Positions 1 to 9,024 are shown, counted from the first letter of the stretch. The stretch is DNA of 11,907 bases from Octopus sinensis (GCF_006345805.1 NW_021826894.1:1-11907), one strand, 5' to 3'. Numbers and translations are program-made. Notes: generated by a model from the sequence alone, not told the origin.

Positions 1-50
1 TTGAGGTAGCGGTGTGGTGTTGATGGTTGTGAAGGTGGTTGTAGTGGTGG

Positions 51-174
51 AACCACAAGGTTCCGGGTTCAGTCCCACTGCGTGGCACCTTGGGCAAGTG
101 TCTTCTACTATAGCCTCGGGCTGACCAAAGCCTTGTGAGTGGATTTGGTAGACGGAAACTGAAAGAAGCGCGTC

Positions 175-232
<58 letters not shown>

Positions 233-450
233 ACGTGTGTGTGTGTGTTTGTCCCTCACCATCGCTTGACAACCGATGCTGGTGTATTTACGTCCCCGTC
301 ACTCAGCGGTTCGGCAAAAGACACTCATAGAGTAAGTAGTCGGCTTACAAAGAATAAGTCCTTGGCTCGATTTGCCCGACTAAAGGTGGTGCTCCAGCAT
401 GGCCGCAGTCACATGACTGAAACAAGTAAAAGAATGAAAGAGTAAAAGAA
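51..450 (+). mobile_element. tRNA-derived SINE (family A), 5'-truncated, with internal (TA)n(TG)n
   Basis: Pol III B-box-like GGGTTCAGTCCC at 65-76. ACCTTGGGCAAGT at 87-99 resembles the start of CORE-type SINE central domains. Internal microsatellite at 176-248. A-rich tandem tail (GTAAAAGAAT twice) at 426-450. The 3' half recurs inverted at 6790-6975. No A-box is seen upstream. Resemblance to octopus SINEs is from memory. Confidence 0.85.
176..248. repeat. (TA)n followed by (TG)n microsatellite inside the SINE
   Basis: Directly visible. Confidence 0.95.
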
Positions 451-451
451 T

Positions 452-454
<3 letters not shown>

Positions 455-494
<40 letters not shown>

Positions 495-535
495 CATATA
501 TATATATAAGCGTTGATATATATATATATACATAT
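455..535. repeat. (CA)n/(TA)n microsatellite
   Basis: Directly visible. Confidence 0.95.
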
Positions 536-543
536 CAACGCTT
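508..543. repeat. 36-bp near-perfect palindrome
   Basis: AAGCGTTGATAT (508-519) is the exact reverse complement of ATATCAACGCTT (532-543). The spacer is self-complementary (TA)n with one mismatch. Confidence 0.9.
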
Positions 544-716
544 CGTTTTATGTTCAGTTATAATAAAAATTTTACGTTAAATTGACGGGTTACTCAAGAC
601 TTGCCTTGAAGTATATATTTATTATTCTTTAGCAAAAATAGCATTGTTTAGGGACTTCGAAGTTTCAGTATATATTTACATATGCAAAAATATCAGAACC
701 TTAAATCGCAGTTACA

Positions 717-1966
717 CTAACCACCACTACCAAAAACAACACCACCAGCACCACCACAATCACCACCAGCACCGCTGCAACCACCGCAAACATTACCACC
801 ACCAATACCATTACAACAACTACAGTCACCATTAACACCACCATAACCACCAATACCACCACCATTACTACCCCACCACCAACTACAACAACAGCAACGC
901 CACCACCACCACCACCACCACCACCACCATAGCCACCATTTCAGCAATAAATGTACCACTGCTAGAACCACCATTGCCATCACCATTACGAACGCCGTTT
1001 CTACCACCACCACCACCACCACCACCACAAAAAAAACAACAAAAACAAACGACGGGGACGAAACACCGCCGTCGCCATCGCCATCGCCACCTCCACCACA
1101 ACCAATGCCACCGATCCCAACGGCGGCGCCACCCCACCCTGCAGCAGCAGAGGACCCCCACAAATTTTGAGGGTCAGTCGCAGACCTCGGCTGAGACGTG
1201 AAACAGATGTCCATAAGTCTCGCGGTGGATCAACCTTTAACACACTACGCTATACCACCACCACCACCACCTTTAGTCTTTATTCATTACTCCCCCACTC
1301 TCCATCTCCTCCCCCTCGTATCGTACACCGTATCGCTCCACCACCACCACAATAATCACCACCACCATTGTCACCACAACCATCACCACCACCACCATCA
1401 TCACAACAACAATCACCACCATCACCATCACCACCACCACCACCATCACCACAACAACAATCATCACCATCACCATCACCACCACCACCACCACCACCAT
1501 CACCATCACCACCATCATCACTACCACAACCATCACGACCACCACCACCACCACCGCCACCGCCTTTAGTCTTTATTCATTACTCCCCCCACTCCCCCCC
1601 CGTATCGTACTCCGTATCGCTCCCGACCCCGCCCCGCCCTCTCAACCCTCGCAACGATACTTCTTATGATACATTATCTCCTTCTTAAACACTCAGAACC
1701 CGCCCAACCCACCCCTTCCACCAACGAAGGTTTTTTTTTGTTGTTTTTGTCTTGGTTTTGTTCTGTTTTTTTTCGTCGTTTTTGTTGTTTTGTCTTTTGT
1801 TCTTCCCCTTTCTTTTTCCTGTTTTTATTCATAGACTTTCCAGGAACCGAAGCCGCCATCGCGATCGCCACTACTACAACCGGCACCACTACCACCACCA
1901 CCACCATTACTGCTACAACAACAACAACAACTACTACTACTACAACCAACACCACCATCACTGCAA

Positions 1967-2000
<34 letters not shown>

Positions 2001-2596
2001 AACCAACACCACTACCACCACCATCACTGCTACAACAACAACAACAACTACTACTACTACTACTACTATTACTACTACTACCACTACCACTACTACTACT
2101 ACTACTACTAGTACTACCACTACTTCTACTACAACTACTACGACTACTACTACTACAACAACAAAAACTACTACTACTACTACTACTACTACTACCACTA
2201 CCACAACCATCACCACCACCACCATCATTTCTACTACTACAAACACCACCACCACCACCACCACCTCCACTAATACTACTAGCACCATCACCATCACCAC
2301 CACAACTACTACTACTACGACAACTATTACTACTACCACTGTAGCTGCTACTACTACTATTACTACTACAACTACTACTGTTACAACCTCCACCACCCAT
2401 ACTACTACTACTGCTGCTACTACTACTACTACTACTACTAATAATAATAATAATAATAATGATAATAATACTTTCCACCATCACCACCAGCAACACAACC
2501 ACCACCACTTCCATGAACATTACAACCACCAACACCACTACCACTACTACTAATACTACTATTAATGTTATCATTATCATTACTACCACTGCAACG

Positions 2597-2627
<31 letters not shown>

Positions 2628-3530
2628 ACACTACTATTATCCCTACCATCATAACTACTACTACAACTACCGCCCCCACCACCACCACCACCACCACCAC
2701 CACTACTACTATTACCAACGCTATCGTTTCCATCTTATCTTCCATAACGCCCGCCACCCCATGACCACCACCACAGATGGACATCCGCACAAATACACGG
2801 ATCCTTAAAATCTCATCATCGCTGCAACATCCTGTGCTCTTATAATCACCACCGCCACCACCACCATTACCACCACCACCACCACCACAACCACCACCAC
2901 CGCCGCCACCACCACCACCACCACCACCACAACCACCACCACCACCACAATCACCGCCACCACCAACCACCACCGCCACCACAACCACCACCGCCACCAC
3001 CACCTCTACCAACATTTGACGACAACAACAGCAACAACAGCAACAACAACATTAGTGCTGTTACCGTAACTGTTAAGGCCCGTGCTATCGCTGCATCTTC
3101 AACTTAACGCTGTCTTGTCATCGCCACCACCACCGTCATCACCGTCATCGTCGTCATCGTCATCATCATCACCATCATCATCATCCTCATCATCACCATC
3201 ATCATCACCGTCGTCATCACCATCATTGCTATCATCATCATCATCATCATCATTTTCATGTTCGTCATCATCGTCTTTGTCATCATCACCATCGTCATCA
3301 ACATCATCATTATCATCACCATCATCACCATCATCGTCGTCATCATCATCATCATCATCATCAGTATCAGCATCATCTAAGTTATCTTCCTTATCGACAT
3401 CGACGTCATCATCATCGTCATAATCATCAGATTCGCCACCGCCGTCAGCACCACCACTACAATTAGCAAGACCACCAACACCACCCCGATTACCGCCACC
3501 ACCAGCACCACCACCACCACCACCCTGTCT
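717..3530. repeat. Compound degenerate trinucleotide field (ACC/AAC/ACT/AAT/ATC) with short unique islands
   Basis: Directly visible. It explains the poly-Thr/His/Pro/Val/Ser/Asp ORFs in the track. Confidence 0.95.
1270..1623 (+). repeat. Spaced direct repeat of a 60-70 bp unique segment (1270-1339 and 1563-1623)
   Basis: CCTTTAGTCTTTATTCATTACTCCCCC...CGTATCGTAC(A/T)CCGTATCGCTCC occurs twice, 293 bp apart, separated by (CAC/CAT/AAC)n. Confidence 0.9.
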
Positions 3531-3732
3531 GCTGACCCTCTCCAACCCCTATCATGAAATCTCGTTTAATATTCCAAGAGCTGCCAGCAACGTGCACACC
3601 TATGCATATATAACTTAATAACATCATTTAACATACATACAATGGGTGGAGGTCAGACGGCTACGACTCGCTTTAGCATAATGTCCGGATAATAAGGGTA
3701 TGTATGGATACATGTGTGTGTGTGTGTATATA

Positions 3733-3740
3733 TAGATAGG

Positions 3741-3831
<91 letters not shown>

Positions 3832-3840
3832 GTAGGTAGG

Positions 3841-3888
<48 letters not shown>

Positions 3889-3925
3889 GAGATAGATAGA
3901 TAGATAGATAGATAGAGAGATAGAG

Positions 3926-3980
<55 letters not shown>

Positions 3981-4033
3981 GAGATAGATAGATAGATAGA
4001 CATATAGATAGATAAATAGATAGATAGATATAC

Positions 4034-4065
<32 letters not shown>

Positions 4066-4162
4066 TGATAGATAGATAATAGATAGATAGACATATAGAT
4101 AGATAAATAGATAATAGATAGATAATAGATAGATAGATATATAGATAATAGATAGATAGATA

Positions 4163-4193
<31 letters not shown>
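3733..4193. repeat. (GATA)n tetranucleotide array
   Basis: About 460 bp of GATA with GAGA/GGTA/GACA/AATA variants. Confidence 0.97.
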
Positions 4194-4194
<1 letters not shown>

Positions 4195-6253
4195 CTTTCT
4201 TTTATTAGCCACACAGGGCTGAATACAGAGGGGACAAATACAAATGCAGAGCTTTTCATTTTCGAGGGTGGAAAAATAAAAATGTAAGATTGCGATCAAA
4301 AGGGATCGAGAGGAGGAAAAAAAGGAAAAAAAGAAAATCGTGTATCACAGAAATAATGGTGTAAACATTGATATAACAAGATTGGGTTCATCCGTGGGAA
4401 GAAAAGCCTACAGAAAAGACCACGGGAACCCCCAGTCAGGGAGGAAATAAACACATGAGGTCAAAAATGCTCTCTTTCTTTCTTTTTTACGATCTACAGG
4501 ATCATGCTCAAAATGGTTTCGTTACTAGCAGCCACCATCTTTGCAACATTCACCCATCTTTTTTTGAAACTTTCGCGAGACAAAACTTCCCTCTCCATTC
4601 TCACCTTCCTTTTCAAGTGGTACTTGAAAAAGTTGATGAGCGATTGGCCAGAGAGGTAAGTGTTTGTCTCTAATCCTTTCGCTCGAGTCCACCAGATACA
4701 TTCTTTCACCATGGCCACCAGTACGATGAAAACTGCCTTGCCTTCCCGGTTGAGGGAAGAGGGCGGAGCAATTCTCACGATAGACTCGGCCGATAGGCGG
4801 ATTCGTCCCACACGTGACAGCAGCCGTTCGGCATAAGCCCACAGGTCGGAAATGGTTGGACATTGCACGAGTGCGTGCAGAACGGTTTCGTCGCTCTGAC
4901 CGCATCTCGGGCAAGTCGGTCCGTGTGTCTGGAACCGTGTCTGTAGAGCTTATCCCGCACAGGTAATGCTTCTCGATAGCACTGCCAGGCCAGGGATCTT
5001 TGGTGATTGTTCATAGGTCCCGGCCCGAAAGTTGTCCTGAACAGGCGGGTCAGGTGTTCCTCGTCGACGCCCAGACTCTGCCCGAGTTCGTCGTCGCACC
5101 TCCCCTCCACTAATCCTCTATAGAATGCCTTTGTTGTGATGGAGTCGCACAAGTTCGATCCCGGACGGCAGAGTTGCTTGAGAGCAACGCGACACTCGCG
5201 GTGCCATTCGCCTAGCCTCGGTCTCTGCTTGATCCATGACTGTAGTTCGTCCAAGGAGACGAGCTGCGGGAAAGCGCGCCGCACAAAAGGCGACCACCCC
5301 TGTTCACCGTTGTCTATGAAGCGCCGGAGATGTCGCAGTCTCAGCGCATGTCTGCGCATCATCAACCACGGCATGCCCAGCCCTCCATTTAGCGGGTGTT
5401 GGCAGCAAATGGATCGCCTAACCATCGGAACGTTTCCCTTCCACAAGAAGCGGAAGAGTATGCGTTCCAGTTTGGTGATGGTAGGGTCGGGACAAGGCAC
5501 ACGACGGTCAGACGATACTCGATGAAGACGATGCGATGTACGCGTTCGCCACCTCCTCCCGACCTTTTAGGGATAGCTTTTCTCTCAGTCCATTTCTGGG
5601 TGAGAGTAGCCACCCTAGTCGTTATCTCGCCCCAGTTCTTTCTTCTCCATTTGGAGGTCCGGACCGAACCGAACCACCCCGAGCAATTTAACCGGTCCGT
5701 CCGTCCAGCGTCCCACGATGGAGACGCTGTTGGACGGCATGGGCTTGCTTCTCCAGGTGCCGAGCCGCAAGCCCACTGACTTTTCCCGGTTAATTTTTTG
5801 CCCCCGTTACCGCTTCGTATTCTTTCAGTGTCTCGCCGACCAGCTCGATGTGCTCGTAGCTCGACACTATGACGGTGACGTCATCCGCGTATGCAGACAC
5901 GCTCCTCCCGCCATCCCAGCTCAGCTCTCGTGGGATGCCCCTCAGCGTCGCCAGTTTCCGCAGTAGTGGCTCAAGAGTCAGTACATACAGCAGCGATGAG
6001 AGGGGGCATCCCTGACGAACCGAACGCATGATGTTAAAAGGTCTGGATAGATGACCATTTACGCGAACTACTGAGCGGATGCCGCTGTATAAGGCAGCGA
6101 TCCAACCGCGGAAAACTGGACCGAAACCAGCCGCTTTGAGGACAGCCTCCAAGTAGTGATGGTCTACCCTATCGAAGGCTTTTGATTGATCCAAATTGAT
6201 CAGCGCCCACCCATGCCAGGATTTTTAACTACCCTGTCTATGATGTAGCGCAT
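4194..6253 (-). mobile_element. 5'-truncated non-LTR retrotransposon, L1/Tx1 clade
   Basis: RT motifs LDQSKAFDRVDH, RQGCPLS and YADDV. Post-RT region FLWKG...GGLG. CCHC knuckle CPRC-x8-H-x4-C at 4860-4913. Stop at 4494, then a ~300-nt 3' UTR with AATAAA (4201-4206, minus) running into (TATC)n. The Tx1 assignment rests on motif style and is not tree-tested. Confidence 0.88.
4494..6253 (-). pseudogene. Disrupted ORF2 fragment (RT, thumb/linker, zf-RVT-like zinc knuckle)
   Basis: Track ORFs 5790-6194, 5389-5613, 4775-5500 and 4494-4868 are consecutive pieces of one protein joined by frameshifts. The upstream piece MRYIIDRVVKNPGMGG (6253-6206) leads into ALINLDQSKAF. The endonuclease and ORF1 are absent. 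Confidence 0.9.
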
Positions 6254-6281
6254 CATAGACAGGGTAGTTAAAAATCCTGGC

Positions 6282-6283
<2 letters not shown>
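6213..6283. repeat. Perfect inverted repeat with 33-bp arms and a 5-nt loop
   Basis: ATGCCAGGATTTTTAACTACCCTGTCTATGATG (6213-6245), loop TAGCG, then CATCATAGACAGGGTAGTTAAAAATCCTGGCAT (6251-6283). Confidence 0.98.
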
Positions 6284-6357
<74 letters not shown>

Positions 6358-6425
6358 GTAGACAGATAGATAGATAAATAGATAGATAGATAGATAGATA
6401 GATGGATGGATGGATGGATGGGTAG
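6282..6425. repeat. (GATA)n grading into (GGAT)n
   Basis: Directly visible, in the same orientation as the 3733-4193 array. Confidence 0.97.
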
Positions 6426-6439
6426 ATAATTACGTATGC

Positions 6440-6590
6440 ATATAATATATGCGTATGTGTATATATATATATATATGCATATATACATATACATACCTAT
6501 CTCTCTTTCTCTCTCTATATATATATATTTACATATATACGTATAAATTTATATATATATATATCTATATATATAAATAAATAAATATAT

Positions 6591-6636
<46 letters not shown>

Positions 6637-6711
6637 ATAGAGCGATAGATAGGTATATATATATATGTATGTATATAAATATATGTATATATATATGCAT
6701 ATGTATGTCTA

Positions 6712-6743
<32 letters not shown>

Positions 6744-6780
6744 GAGAGATACACACACATGCATATATGTGTGTGTGTGT
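6440..6780. repeat. Mixed (TA)n/(CT)n/(GATA)n/(GA)n/(TG)n microsatellites
   Basis: Directly visible. Confidence 0.9.
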
Positions 6781-6789
6781 ATTGTGATG

Positions 6790-6975
6790 TTTTCTCTTGT
6801 TTCAGTCATTTGACTGTGGCCATACTGGAGCATCGCATTCAGTCGAACGAATCGACAACAAGAGTTAATCTTTGAAAGCCAAGTAATTACTCTTTATTGT
6901 CTTTTGCCGAACAGCAAAGTTTCGAGAACAAAAACACACCAGCATCGGTTGTCAAGCGACAGTGTGGGAACAAGC
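6790..6975 (-). mobile_element. Diverged 3' half of SINE family A
   Basis: Exact reverse-complement matches to copy 1: 24 nt (6936-6959 vs 262-285), 13 nt (6899-6911 vs 310-322) and 14 nt (6796-6809 vs 413-426). These blocks are collinear. Confidence 0.9.
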
Positions 6976-7032
6976 TAATATATATATACATACACACACA
7001 TATATAGTTAATATATATATATCTATATATAT

Positions 7033-7088
<56 letters not shown>

Positions 7089-7099
7089 TATATATATAT

Positions 7100-7148
<49 letters not shown>
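6976..7148. repeat. (TA)n microsatellite
   Basis: Directly visible. Confidence 0.97.
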
Positions 7149-7151
<3 letters not shown>

Positions 7152-7280
7152 CGCGATCACCGTGACCGACCAGGCTATCAGATGTTGCTACACGTGCTAC
7201 ACGTCGCGCTGGTCACGATGCGCTTCGCGTTAATTTAGCCTTCAAATGACGCCAACCCGCTGGCTAAGCGAGCAGTCCAA
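7148..7280 (-). mobile_element. Probable 3' fragment of a second SINE/retroposon family (B)
   Basis: A GC-rich 130-bp island flanked on both sides by (TA)n. The minus strand ends ...CTGATAGCCTGGTCGGTCACGGTGAT, which I recall as the 3' end of an abundant octopus SINE (unverified). It has an internal 9-bp tandem duplication, GCTACACGT x2, at 7187-7204. Confidence 0.6.
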
Positions 7281-7552
7281 TATATATATATATATATATA
7301 CATACATACATACATATAGATTGATAATATTAGAGTACATATATACACCCGCAACACTAAAGATAAAATGAGGTGAAACAAATCAAAAACAATAAAATTC
7401 CAAATATACATTTCGCCCGCCGCGCAAAAAGATAAGAAAAAGAAACAGCAAAAAGCTTTGATGAAATAAGGCAAATTGTATTTATTCAAAATGGCCACCG
7501 TTTCAAAATTATCAAACGATATAGGTGGAAAGCAAGAACAAGCATAACTAAA

Positions 7553-7665
7553 ACACACACACACACACACACGCGCTCGCTCACACACACACACACACAC
7601 ACACACACCACACATACACACACACACACATGCACACACACATACACACACGCACATACACACAC
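7553..7665. repeat. (CA)n microsatellite
   Basis: Directly visible. Confidence 0.95.
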
Positions 7666-7729
7666 TGAAGACACAAAACAACAACACTGCCGAAAAACAA
7701 GAACATGGCGGTAAAAAGTATAGCAGCAA

Positions 7730-7800
7730 CAACAATAGTAATAGTAATAGTAATAGTAGGAGTAGTTGTAATAATAATGAGCGTAATAGTAGTAGTAGGA

Positions 7801-7833
<33 letters not shown>

Positions 7834-8436
7834 ATTAATAATAAAATAATAATAATAATATAATAATAATAATAATTAATATATAATGATAATAATAATA
7901 TGATAATAATAATAATAATAATAATAATAATATAATAATATGATAATAATAATAATATAATAATGATAATAATAATAATGATAATATAATAATAATAATA
8001 ATAATATAATAATAATGATAATAATAATAATGATAATAATAATAATAATAATAATAATATAATAATATAATGATAATAATAATAATAATAATAATGATAA
8101 TAATAATAATGATAATAATAATAATGATAATAATCATAATAGATATAATAATATAATAATAATGATAATATAATAATGATAATAATAATAATAATAATAT
8201 ATAATAATAAATAATAATATAATAATATATAATGATAATAATATAATGATAATAATAATATATAATAATAATAATATAATAATGATAATAATAATAATAA
8301 TATAATATAATAATAATAATAATATAATAATGATATAATAATAATAATAATAATGATAATAATAATAATGAATAATAATAATGATAATATAATATGATAA
8401 TATATATAATAATAATAATAATGATATATAATAATG

Positions 8437-8472
<36 letters not shown>

Positions 8473-8550
8473 TAAATGTAATAATAATAATAATATGATA
8501 ATAATATAATGATAATACTAATAATAATAATTAATGATAATATAATAATG

Positions 8551-8628
<78 letters not shown>

Positions 8629-8682
8629 TAATAATAATATCTCCACCGTTAGAACTGTTCAACGGCAATGATAATAATATGA

Positions 8683-8724
<42 letters not shown>

Positions 8725-8728
8725 GACT

Positions 8729-8760
<32 letters not shown>

Positions 8761-8880
8761 ATGATAATAATAATAGGAGTAGTGGTAGTAATGCTAATAA
8801 TGTTAGTAGTAGTAGTTACAATGATCTTGTTAACAAGACCACCACCACCACCAACAACAACAAAAACAACAACAACACAA
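7730..8880. repeat. (AGT)n, ~800-bp degenerate (AAT)n, then (ACT)n/(AAT)n/(ACC)n/(AAC)n
   Basis: Directly visible. The (AAT)n core spans ~7835-8640. Confidence 0.97.
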
Positions 8881-9024
8881 CGGCGACCTCGGCAACGGTT
8901 ACGACCGCAGGATCGCCGCGACAGACGCTGGCTCGCTAATTGCCCTCTGATTGGCTTTCTAACTGTGACATCTGTGTCGGCAAGCTGACGAAGGTTCAAA
9001 TCTGTTAAGCATCTACCGGCTATG

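Noticed and set aside
51-100. tRNA gene
   Set aside because: Only a B-box-like remnant is present, with no cloverleaf or A-box. It is a SINE head.
610-692. AGTATATATTTA...GCAAAAATA occurring twice, 57 bp apart
   Set aside because: AT-rich and short. At most an old local duplication, with no further structure.
215-3545. Many long ORFs (poly-V, T, H, P, S, G) as host genes
   Set aside because: They are translations of stop-free trinucleotide or dinucleotide repeats in several overlapping frames, with no domain motifs. Several track 'M' starts are TTG/GTG.
3632-3706. CATACATAC...GTATGTATG as MITE terminal inverted repeats
   Set aside because: Only 9 bp, made of (CATA)n microsatellite, with no target duplication. 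The enclosed island remains unidentified.
4194-4210. TAAAAGAA shared between the Tx1 3' end and the SINE A tail, suggesting a SINE-LINE partnership
   Set aside because: An 8-nt A-rich match with no upstream similarity.
3624-4299. ORFs with (YLSI)n repeats
   Set aside because: These are the direct read-out of (TATC)n.
5136-5966. Plus-strand ORFs of 82-129 aa
   Set aside because: They are antisense shadows of the GC-rich LINE ORF2 with no independent motifs.
8985-8991. CTGACGA as a hammerhead ribozyme core (also minus strand at 9740-9746; the satellite units were checked too)
   Set aside because: There is no correctly placed GAAA or stem II, and the satellite units lack CTGANGA.
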